Positions 25,944-37,900 of a stretch of 64,000 bases of DNA are shown here, piece by piece. Source of the stretch: Lingula anatina (lineage: Eukaryota; Animalia; Brachiopoda); NCBI GenBank assembly GCA_051362555.1, contig CM120640.1:29040503-29104502 (forward strand). The letters are read 5' to 3'. A model generated the notes under the pieces. The model was given only the letters and a program-made list of their open reading frames with translations, was not told the DNA's origin and did not search any database. Numbering within the stretch: position 1 is the first letter of the stretch; each line of letters starts with the position of its first letter. Made by a program: the position numbers and the translations under genes.

Positions 25944-28900
25944 TTTAAAGCAGATTTAGAAGTAACAAGCTAACAACTGCACTTTACAAAAATTATAATT
26001 GCTGAACTTACATTCATACAAACTGAATGCAATGACAGATTCAGTGTCCACAGAGTAGAAAAATTTACCCAATTATCTCACCTTTTCCTCCCAGTAGAGA
26101 TCACCATTTCCTTCATTTTGGTTTATATCAGAGCAGACTTGAAAAACTACAGAGGCTGCAGTGTCATCATGGTAACCAATAAAAACATCACCAATGGATG
26201 GCTGGATTGGGTCTCTGCAAATTCATATATTTACAGAAAGTTAAAAGGAATAAATAAAAGATTTCTGTTGTTAATCTTATCATTTTTAGTTTCTATTCAA
26301 CAGTTTGTAGAACATATAGAATGTTTAAAAATGCTTTTTAATTAAAAAAATTAAACGAGACTTACCTTGGTTAAGTCGAAGTTTGATTTCAATTCTTTGA
26401 GTAAAGAATTGAGGGAGGGCTTAACTGAGATCCGGTTGCGCGCGCAGGGCACTTTTCAAAGTGTTTGTCACATTAACCACATGGAATTAATTACATTAAT
26501 TCCCCACAGCTCTCTTCCTCTATAATACAAGCAATGAGCTGTAACCCAAAGTTGGGTGGGAGGGTGGCAGTTAAGCCCTCCCTCAATTCTTTACTCAAAG
26601 AATTGAAATCAAACTTCGACTTAACCAAGGTAAGTCTCGTTTAATTTTTTAAATTCTTTTTCGTAAGAAGAATTTCGTTGGTCTTAACTGAGACTTTAAA
26701 GCTTAATGTGACAAACATTTCATTCATTTCAAAAGATTCTTTATTTACCCAGAACTCCATCCTGGAATCTGTCTTGATTACTTACAATGTGCTTGTCATA
26801 GAACTTCACAGGTACTTTTCTTAGACCAACCAGCTTTGTCAATAATGACTGATATAGGTACTGCAGAGGCTTTTGCCTTAGAGGTAGCTGCAGCTCTAAC
26901 ACTGTGAGAGCTAAATGTATAAGTGTCTATACCAGCTCTACTCATAACAGTTTTTATCCATCTTGCTACTGTGTCTCTTGCGACATTATGATGTGGTTTC
27001 ATGTAACTTATTAACAAACGTGCACAGTTCTTGTCATTTCTCATGACTTTCGTGCGAAACAAATATTCCTTCAATACAGTATACACACAAAGCCTCCTGT
27101 CTGGAGGGTAGGCCTTAAAAGATACTGAAACAACATTATAACCTGGCCTATTTTGTTTTAAAGAACCATCTAACTTGAACAAAAACTCAGTTCTCAATTT
27201 TTTATAACCTTGAAAACTTAACAACTGCAAAGTTTGTGTACGTGCAGCTTGTAGAGCAGGATCCCGGAGGGTTGAGCATGCCCGGAAAGATCACCAATTT
27301 TCATGTTCCTGGCAATGACCTACATGGTTACCTATATATGAAAATGGGAGTCTGCCGTGTTTCCAGTGGTGGGTGTGGTCAGGGGGGTCCAAAACATAGA
27401 CCCCTCAAATCCAGCTAGCAGGACTTTTTAGGGGAACCCTAAGAAACCTATTGGGGGTCCTCCAGCATGGCCTCAGGTATATTAAATGGATACTGACAGA
27501 CAAATTGAGTGGTGGGGTGTGGCCGGCAGACCCTGATTTATAGGGGGTGGAAATCCGGCTAGCAGGACCTAAAAGTTAACCCTTAGAAAATAACTGGAAA
27601 ATGTTCCTTAGAGTCCCAGGAAGGTAAAATGACCAACGACAGACAATTTAAGTGGTGGGTAGTGCCCGGCAGACACACCCAAAGAGCCACACCCCTAATG
27701 TACAGCTAGCATGCCCTAAAAGTTAACCCTTAAAAAATAACTGGAAAATGTTCCTTAGAGTCCCAGGAAGATAAAATGACCAACGACAGACAATTTAAGT
27801 GGTGGGTAGTGCCCGGCAGACACGCCCAAAGAGCCACACCCCTAATGTACAGCTAGCATGCCCCAAAAGTTAACCCTTAGAAAATAACTAGAAAATGTTC
27901 CTTAGAGTCCCAGGAAGATAAAATGACCAACGACAGACAATTTAAGTGGTGGGTAGTGCCCGGCAGACACGCCCAAAGAGCCACGCCCTAATGTACAGCT
28001 AGCTGTACCAGTGATGTAACTTGTTCAAAACAAGCCGGATAATGTTCAGAAGAGTTCTAGGATATAGTATTGACCACTGGTAGACAATTGTAGTGGTGGG
28101 TACTACCCAGCAGACACACCCAAAGGGTCACACCCTTAATTGGTAGATATTGCCCTTAAGAAATTCCCATGATACTCCACCCTTGGTGTTCAGCTGACCC
28201 GACCTGTTTCAAATTATTTTGAACAAAACTGCAGAATAATCTATTCATAAAGATACATTTTTATTTGAACATTGTTATTTAACTAACAAATGCATACAGA
28301 AATGACAAAAAATTAAACAATATCATGACCACATCAATTTGGCACATTAAACAAACAAGGACATGAAAAAAATTGAGCCCGAAAATAAGTGTGGTATATA
28401 ATTCAATATTTTAATAATTTTTTCAAGTTGAAGAATAATGAATATTTTCTTGTGAAATTTTAATGTAATAAGTTTTTGTCAATTTGGTATACAATTACAT
28501 CGCTTTATTGCATCATTATCAAACACATTTTATTATTTCTACTGATTATGCATGTTGACATCCAAAAAACAACACCCATTGTAGAGTTCAAATCCACCCT
28601 TAAAAATTATCAGTGGGTGAAAAATGGAAAAAACAAATGTTTCACTCATCAAATTCTGAGTCTGATTCCTCACTCCATGCTTCGCTCTCTGTATCTGATG
28701 TAGGATCTCTGTCAGTCATTTCTTCTTCACTTGACACAATGTCATCTTCATCTAGACTAGAATCATCTAAAATATGATCTCTATCCGCAAACATATCATC
28801 TGGAATGGCTGATCCCTCAAACCACACCGGCTTCAATAGGTTATCACTTGTATCAACAGCCCATCCATAGTCTACAGGCATCATTCCCTCGCTAGGATTG

Positions 28901-31900
28901 GCTGTTGCAGCACGTGTCCAAATTGAGGTAACGTACTGAGCCCTACGAATTTTCATCTCAAGGGTACGGCGACATGGTGGTAATAGGGCACAGTCAATCT
29001 TTTGGATGTTTGCAAGTGGACTATGCTATAATTCAAAAAAGAAAAAAATCATATAGAGGCAATATTGTATTTGTTTTGGCATTTCTTGTATTAGATACTG
29101 TATTCAATTTGTGCAAATTAAAAATTAAAATTATTCTTAGGTACCTGATCAAACTTTCCTGTCATTTGAATAAGTCGCTGGTGTCTAGCTTCATTAACAT
29201 CACGCACTTTGCCTTGGGAGTACATGAGGCAAACAAACTCTGAAGCAAAATCAGCATCCACCATGGCCAGGGGTATCCCCATACTAATGAAGAAATCCAC
29301 AAACCGTCTACTGCTATCTTCATGACTTTCTAGCCAGTCCAGAAACTTTGTTTTCCCCTTTCTTAAAAAAATATGTATACTGACAGACATTTAGGCAAAA
29401 CAACACAAGTATAGGTGAAGATTTATATTCATAATGTACTAAATATACACAAACATTAAATAATACTGAATATCAAGTTTAAAATGAGAAAAAATTGCAA
29501 TATCGCTGTAATTATAAAAGTTCACACATAAAAACGTGAAAAGATAATTTAAAAAATGACATACCTGTAAAATGCAGAGGTAAAATCACAGCCAGTAAAG
29601 GCATGATATCCAAGCAATGCCCTTGATAATCCACTTTTGCGATCTTCAAGGACATCAGCAATGTTGGTTACATTGATGTATCTTCTATTGTTTCCCATGC
29701 CACTGTCCATGATGATGTTACCTATGTTGTCTCTGTGTTGCCCAATGATACCAATCAATATTACGAGTACATCAGTATCTGAAGCTCGTACAATGATACA
29801 ACCATCAATATTCACTGCATGGAAGGCGATTAGGGTATCAGCCTCTTCATGGTTGCCTTGCAGGTGTGGTGGACTGGTGGTGGTTATGGAACTGGATTGT
29901 TCTCCATTGCCTTGATACTGAAAACACTTGCCACCATAGGAGACAAATAGCCTTTTTCCTTCAAGTATATTGAAGTACTGGTCATTCTGCCATTCGTTCA
30001 GCAGAAATTTGGAAAGCGCAGTCTTGAATCCAGTGTTTGAAAGAAGCTTCTTTCCACTTTGTCTTATGGTTTGGTCTGGGCCAGTGATGGTATACTGGGT
30101 TTCTGAGGCACCACGCAGGCTCCGTTCACTATCTTTGATCGAATTCTTCATGTATTTATCGAAACAGAGATGGACCTCTTGGGCTCGCCCAGAACAAACA
30201 AAAGAAAGAATGCATCGAGCAATAGAAGCATACGAGGCTCCAATATTGGTCTGGGAAAGGATGGTGTGCAGAACAAGCCCTCCATCAAAGACTTGTGAAA
30301 ACTGTATTGGGAGATCTTCTTCTAAAATTTGTTGTGTCTGATATGTCTCCAGTCGCTTTGCCAAGGCTGCTTTGTCTGTTTTCACGTGGGATCCATCACA
30401 ATGTGCTATGGACAGAGGGTATGGTGTTAGTGGATATGAAAGGGTATTTTGTAAGTCAAAGTGAGTCTTTTCAGCAACTACAATCAAAATTCTTACGAAC
30501 ATATCCCTCACACTTTCGGCACTCTGGGTTGCTCTCTTTGAAGTAGATACTTTTTGTTTTTTTGTGACATTCTGTGCAGCAAAGTTATCGATGCGACATC
30601 GTTTAATGGGCTGAAGAAATCTTCTACTGTTACTTTCCCATTCATCTTGGAATTTCTCTCGCTGATTCTTGCCTCTCTCTAATGTATTCAACAAGTAATC
30701 TGCTGTAGCTTTGGTTGCTTCTTGCCCTGTGGCTACATTGATGAGAGCTCCTGGCGAATCTTCAGAAAATGGGTTGCAGAATTCATCTAACTTTGTACTC
30801 AGTGAATTGAATTGTCTGTTGTCTCTCTCTATTCTAGATGACCTGCATTGAGATGCTGGGGTTTCCCCTTGCTCCATTCCCGTTATTGCTCTAAGTTCTG
30901 TCACAGCAAGAGCCCTCTGTGTCATGGTCAGTGACCATCTGCGCATGGCATTTTCTGAGTTTCTAAATGCCACAATACCTGTCATACGGGAGGCAGCGTC
31001 ACGGTTGACAGTTTGTTCTAGGGAGAGGTCAACTGCAGATCTACTATAGCTCTTGTTTATCCGTCTGATGGAAAATGCACCCTGTTCAAGTATTTCAATT
31101 AGGCGCGTGTCTGCACTCTTGAGCTTCTGAAGGAAAAGTGATCCCCATCTGGCATAGTTTGGGCGGTTAAGAGCAAAGAAAACCTCCAGGACTGTAGGCA
31201 AAACATAAAGGTAACCATTGACATCATTGGTTTTTACACATCTTTGTAGATCCCTGTGGAGGCGATTGATGAGAAAGATGTATATTCCCCAATACTGAGC
31301 TGTAGCACCAAGAGATCCCCTGAGCACTGCTTGAAAGAAAGCTTCATAAGATTGCAAATGGAGGTGAACTGCTGGTGTATCAAGGTATTCTTCTACTGAG
31401 GCTGGGTCTGAGGGCACTGAAGACATCAAAGATTGTATTTCATGCTTTTCTTCATCTGGAATGTCTACCAAAAAGCGGTTGTAGAGCTTCTTTTCTAAGG
31501 TAGTGGCTAATAATTCATGGATTCTAGAACAGCGGTTATAAAATTTGCCCTTTATGAACCCCATCATGGACCCCTCTGCCAGGATATCACACTCCGAGAG
31601 GATGAACTCAATGCCACTGTCATTGATGTAGGTTCCCACTGCTCCATAAAATGCAAGCTCAGTGTGGAAGTTGCCAAGCATAATCAGCAGCTTGTCAAAT
31701 AATGGTGCATCAAGGGACTGGATAGAGTACGCTTTTAAAGCAATTGCCAAGTCATATGTGACCACAGCATAATCTTGGCCAGTTTCATTTGCAACATTCA
31801 TTGTTCTCAGCATTGTTTCCCTCACCACATCGTTGTTTGTTGGGGACTTAAGTATAGGATCCATGTAGCATATTTTTTGCACTGGCAAGGGATCTGTGAT

Positions 31901-34900
31901 GAAACTGCTCATGAATCCTGCATGTAGAGGTACTCCACTGTTCTCACCGAGCTTCCAGAACCATAGGAAATCGAGTGGGGTAAGGAGGGATGAATATTGG
32001 TTTGTGTCCAGGGATGTTGTACTTGATGGAGAGAGAATAAACTGGGCTCTGTTAAGGGGCTTTCTATATGGTTGGATAGTATGCTGATAACCTTCAAAAT
32101 TGCGCCTGTTTCTCCCTTCTCTAAAATTCATTATGCTAGTGCTTTGGAAATTGCCATCTTGAAGGATATTTTGGTAGGTATGTCCCACAGTGGCATGCAG
32201 GGTCTCCTTACCGTCTAACGTTTCCACATGGGCATCATTGTTGTCCCAGACACTCGCTGTCGCAAGATTGGGCTTCAGTTGGATTCCGTCTGGGGCGTCA
32301 CTGCCTTCAACCTGGACAGAGTATGCGAATTCTGTTTCCAGGCCCTTCGCCTCAACGTAACTAATAGAGTGGCCCAACCTATTGAGGATCTGGATTGCTA
32401 GTTTAGACCCAGTTAAAGATGAAAATCCAAGACCCATAGCTACATGTTTCCAAGGCTTTACAGTGGCCCTCGACACATTAAAGATAACATCAGAGGCCAA
32501 GGCATTTACTTTCCTGTCCAGCACTTCATTATTTTGTTCATATGTGCCACCAAGGAGAAATCTGAAAAATAACTGTAGCTGGTCTGGTATCTGTGGCGAA
32601 GATTCTTTTAGGTTCTGTACTGTAGCTGGATGTGGGGTCTTACTTTTGGGGAGTTGTGAAACAAGTGATCTTAAGTGTAGTGCTGCCCATTTTAACTTCA
32701 TATCTTCTTCATTCCTCTCGGAGTTTGCATACAAACGAGCCCTTGCCTCTTCTTCTGTCATATCATTACTGAAGACAAAGTTACCACTGCGTTGATCTGC
32801 TAACTTTACTGTCACCTTGTCACTCAGCTGTTCTTTTATCTTTCTTGTCAGGTGTCGCATGGCATAGTCTTCAATGTCTCCTCCTTCTCCTCCTGCAGTG
32901 ATATATTCTTCTATGTACAGTGTTAGTAAATGACTAATCAATAAAGGGGTTTCTTTGAGCACAACTTCATTCTCAATATAATACTTGATACAATCAAATG
33001 CTTTCTTATGGAATACCTGAGGTGTACTTATAGCAGCAGTCTTTTCAAAACAATCAGTCTCTCGTAGGAATTCGACTCTGCATGATTTGTGATATTCTGC
33101 CTCTTTTGCCCTAAGATCCACACCACTTAGCACAAGGCTTTTGAATGCTTCATTTTTGGAAAATTTGGCTCGCTGTAAAATAGATTCACATCCATCTGAT
33201 GTTGATATCCTAAGTCTTGGTTCTTCTTTTCCCCTTCTCTTTTTACGTGCCTTTCCACAAAAAATGCATGTGCCTTTTAGAAGACCCTGGTCATCTGATT
33301 TTGGCATTGTACTCAAGCTTCTTGTCTCAATGTGTGCTGTTTTGGTGGAAGGCTCCGAAGAGGGTTGTGGTTCTTTGGGTCTCTTAACTGCTGTATATTT
33401 TCTATAGCATGATGGGTGATATGGAAAATAAGTTTCCTGACTTACCAAAATGCTTTGTGTGACTCTGTGGTAAATGTCTGATTTTAGTTCTCTGCGTGAG
33501 TTTGCAGCTCTCTCAATGCTTAAAAATGTCTGGTCATTTGACATCTTTATTTTGTCATCCTCCTCTTTGTCTTGAGAACAAAAAATGCATTTTGGTTGAG
33601 AATGCATGTCATCAGTTTTCTGAAAAGTGATAAAGAAAATTTTCTATAGAAAAAGAAACATATTGCTACTGAAAAAATACAGATATTATTAATTTTTAGA
33701 AAACATTATACCAAATAGTTTGTTTACATCTTCATAATAACATTAATGAACATCATGAATGATCACTTGTTTTGACTATTTAATGTAGAAAAGATGAAAC
33801 TAACAGAGACACATACCTCCATATTACTATCAACAGGCATGTTAAGTTGTGCACCAAACATAAGCTCTTGTGTGCTTTCATTATCAGAACCTAAAGATCT
33901 TTCTTCAGATTCCATTATGAAATTTATAACTTCTTTTTCTGGAAAAATATGTGAAACATTCTGTCACATTTTGTCTGGACTTTTATATAATGATGTTGCA
34001 ATTAACAATATTTTATTCATTTTTAACTTCTTCATCTGCATGTTGAGTTATATAGAAATTCTATGTAACAATTGTCGAAGGGTACAAGATAAGTTCAAGC
34101 CATGTGGCATTTTCAATTCAAAGAGGTAGGCAAATTTCAATCTTGTTTTCATAAAAATAAGCCTTTAAGATAAGAAAAATATTTTTACCTTGGTTGCCTG
34201 ATATCCTTGGCTATCTGGTTTATGTGAAAGTAATCTTAGATGAATACTTTTGACTCCATAAATACATGGATTGTTTTAAGGGCTAGAATTGCCTCTACCC
34301 TTCTGTTTCTAACCTTGATAAGTGTTTGATGATTCTTTAATTACCACTCAAAGTGGGTCAAGCTGAAATTCCTGGAATTCTCATCAGCTGGCATGTCTCT
34401 GACCCTTGTCACATTATATTAACAAAGCTGAACTAAGCTGACATTGACAAAAATGTTATGATCATTGTATCAGGCCTTTTTAAACTTCTACCCCGACAGG
34501 GTTAACAGATGTATAAGTTATAATTATAATTAAATAGAATGATTTGACAAATAATTAGGTTATTCATACTTACCTTTCTTGAGGATACGGATATCCAAAA
34601 GGTGTAGACTTTGCATTTGTCCTCTTCTTTTATGTTACAGTGCTTGCTTAAAAGCCGATATACTTTCGCACATGAGCCACCTATAACCATCAGGGGTGTG
34701 GCATTTGGGTGTGTCTGCTGGGTAGTACCCACCACTAAAATTGTCTAGCAGTGGTCAGTACTATATCCTAGAACTCTTCTGAACATTATCCAGTTTGTTT
34801 TGAAAGAGTTACATTTCTGGTACAGCTAGCTGAACATTAGGGTGTGGCTCTTTGGGCGTGTCTGCCGGGCACTACCCACCACTTAAATTGTCTGTCTTTG

Positions 34901-37900
34901 GTCATTTTATCTTCCTGGGACTCTAAGGAACATTTTCCAGTTATTTTTTCAGGGTTAACTTTTGGGGCATGCTAGCTGTACATTAGGGGTGTGGCTCTTT
35001 GGGCGTGTCTGCCGGGCATTACCCACCACTTAAATTGTCTGTCGTTGGTCATTTTATCTTCCTGGGACTCTAAGGAACATTTTCCAGTTATTTTCTAAGG
35101 GTTAACTTTTAGGGCATGCTAGCTGTACATTAGGGGTGTGGCTCTTTGGGTGTGTCTGCCGGGCACTACCCACCACTTAAATTGTCTGTCGTTGGTCATT
35201 TTACCTGCCTGGGACTCTAAGGAACATTTTCCAATTATTTTCTAAGGGTTAACTTTTAGGTCCTGCTAGCCGGATTTCCACCCCCTATAAATCAGGGTCT
35301 GCCGGCCACACCCCACCACTCAATTTGTCTGTCAGTATCCATTTAATATACCTGAGGCCATGCTGGAGGACCCCCAATGGGTTTCTAAGGGTTCCCCTAA
35401 AAAGTCCTGCTAGCTGGATTTGAGGGGTCTATGTTTTGGACCCCCCTGACCACACCCACCACTGGAAACACGGCAGACTCCCATTTTCATATATAGGTAA
35501 CCATGTAGGTCATTGCCAGGAACATGAAAATTGGTGATCTTTCCGGGCATGCTCAACCCTCCGGGATCCCGGACTATTGAGTCAGAGCCATGAGTATCAC
35601 CAGCTTTAATGTCAAATCTTTGAGAGTTATATGCTTAACAGGAGAAAGTTTCCTCAAATATGTCAATACTCTTTCAACATCCCACACCTCTGTGTATCTG
35701 GGTTGTGATGGTCTGGCTGCAAACACACCCTTCATGTATCTGATAATTAATGGGCGATTTCCAATTCTGAATCCATCAAAGTTTATTCCTAAAGCTGAGA
35801 GAGCTCCACGTGCAGTGTTCAAACTCTCATAACCCAAACCTTTATTAAATTGTTCAGTTAAAAACTCGATTACTGCTTCCAAAGTTGGCGAAAGTGGAGT
35901 AATCGTCCTTTTACTACAGTACTGAAACCACCTGTTAATGTGTGTGTTAAATTGTTTTTGTGTCCCTGTTTTCCAAGACAACATAAGTATTTTGGTAGAG
36001 TCCTCTGAAAATCCTCGTTCTCTGAAACTATTCCTGACACTTTGCAAGCAATCAGTCTTAATTTCCCTTCCAAAGGGTGTTTCAACTGCAGGTGAGGAAG
36101 TCTTAAAAGATTCTTCTTTTTCTGTATTATGACTGGTTTCTCCACCAACAATTCCATCAGTCTCGGAAACCATGCTTGTGTGGGCCACATTGGTGCTACA
36201 ATGATTCCCTTGGCTCTGTCCTGTCTGACTTTCTGCACACAGTTTCCCAGTAAGCTAAAAGGTGGAAACAAATAAACTGAGTTAAAAGTTTCCCAGTCAA
36301 TGGTAAAAGCATCAACAAAAGAGCAGTTTGGATCAGGCTTCCATGAACAATATGTTTCTACTTGAGCATTTATTCTAGATGCAAAGCAGTCTATATCTGG
36401 GATTCCCCAAAAATTACATATCTTATGAAAAATCTTGCTGTCTAATTTCCATTCAAGATCATCCTTGAATTCTCTGGAAGCCTTATCTGCTGCCTCATTA
36501 TTTTTGCCAGCTATATGTGTACATGTTAACCAGACATCATGTGATATACACCAAATCCATATGTCACATGCTACTTTATTACAGTTTTCAGAAACTGTGC
36601 CTCCCATGTTGTTAATGTATGACACTGCCGTAGTGTTATCTGACATCACCTTAATATGCTTTGACTTAAGATCATGTTTGAGGGACTTGAGTGCATTCAA
36701 AATGGCCATTAATTCTAATACATTAATAGGCAATTTACCCTCTACATCCGTCCATCTACCTCCAATATTATTGTTTTTATAACTTGCACCCCAACCTAAA
36801 GTGGATGCGTCTGTATGTAAAGTCTCTGAGGGGTTTGGTCTAGCAATAACCCTATGCTGGGATTTCAAGTTGACAATCCACCAAATTAAATCTGACCTCA
36901 TACTGTTTGATATTATCATGGGTGCATCATAGTTACCCTTCGATTCTTGTAAAGCCTTAATCTTTGCTCTTTCTAACTTCCTATAGTACAGTTTGCCATA
37001 ATCCACAGCTGAAAAACTTGCTACTAACAACCCAATGACTCTCGCCACTTGTCTAATAGGTGCCTTTGAAACATAATACAACTCTTCGCATGCAGAAATT
37101 ATTTTCTCCTGCCTGTCAAGTGGCAGTGTTACTATCATTTTGTCAGAATCAATAACATTTCCCAAAAATTTTAACTTGCTTGTTGGTCTCAAAACTGATT
37201 TGTCTTCATTTATGATGAAACCCAATTTGGACAGAAGTGTAACTGTTGCATTTAAGTTCTCCGTACATTCTAAATCATCACTGCCAATTATTAAACTGTC
37301 ATCAATGTTCCCTGAACTAACATAACCTAAACTTCTCAGTTTCCCAAAAACTGGTTTAAGAAGTTTTGTAAACAATCGCGGGCCTTCACTGACCCCATTG
37401 GGTAAGCAGGTATATTGGTAGATTTTATCCCTCCACTGGAATCTAAAAAATTTTTGCTGTTCATCTGCAAGTTTAATTGAATAATAAGCATGACGGATAT
37501 CAACAGACCCCATTTTTACATTTTTGGTTATCAATGGTAGGGTTTTCTCAAAGGTTTCCATCTTAAAATGCTGATATGGAATGAACCGATTTAATTTCTT
37601 TAGATTCAGAATAAATCTGTATTCACCATTTTCTTTTTGTCTCAAAAAAATCGGTGATAAAATTTGGCCTGCTTCACTATTCACAGGAATAATCACTTTC
37701 ATGTCCAATAATTTTTTAATTTCTATGTCAATAATGGACATTTCTAACCTATTAAACTTGCAATTTGATTTCACAATGGCGGGAATCCCACCGTTGAAAT
37801 CTAGATTAATATGACAATGCTTTACAATGTCAAGAATAAATAGGTCACTTGTAATCAGTTTCCACTGATCAATAAAGTCAGCCAATCTACCTGCTTCAAA

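Larger units (their letters stand above)
27252..35576 (-). mobile_element. Academ (AcademX-type) DNA transposon, 8325 bp, apparently intact
   Basis: Termini 5'-TAG...CTA-3', a 3-bp target duplication TTG (27249-27251 and 35577-35579), about 885-bp TIRs, and one large transposase plus XPG-nuclease gene. These are the defining features of animal Academ elements. Confidence 0.9.
26741..36188 (-). pseudogene. DIRS tyrosine recombinase, split by Academ (5' part 35577-36188, 3' part 26741-27251) and frameshifted near its C-terminus
   Basis: Removing the insert and one CAA copy restores ...LTLKLVILMALTQAARTQTLQLL... with the catalytic Arg. SHSVRAAATS (HxxR) and AGWS are present. The catalytic Tyr (KFYDK) is in another frame after position ~26810. 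Confidence 0.9.

Noticed and set aside
27570-28010. 147-bp (and 146-bp) periods as nucleosome-positioning design
   Set aside because: The periods equal core length without linker, and such monomer sizes are common. Nothing in the sequence supports a function.
29637-33407. Several + strand ORFs inside the Academ gene
   Set aside because: Antisense shadows of the long - strand ORF, with no motifs.
35870-37885. RT + methyltransferase + recombinase as a bacterial retron, phage or defence system
   Set aside because: Domain order, ITR/ICR structure and the intronic setting are fully explained by a DIRS1-type retrotransposon.
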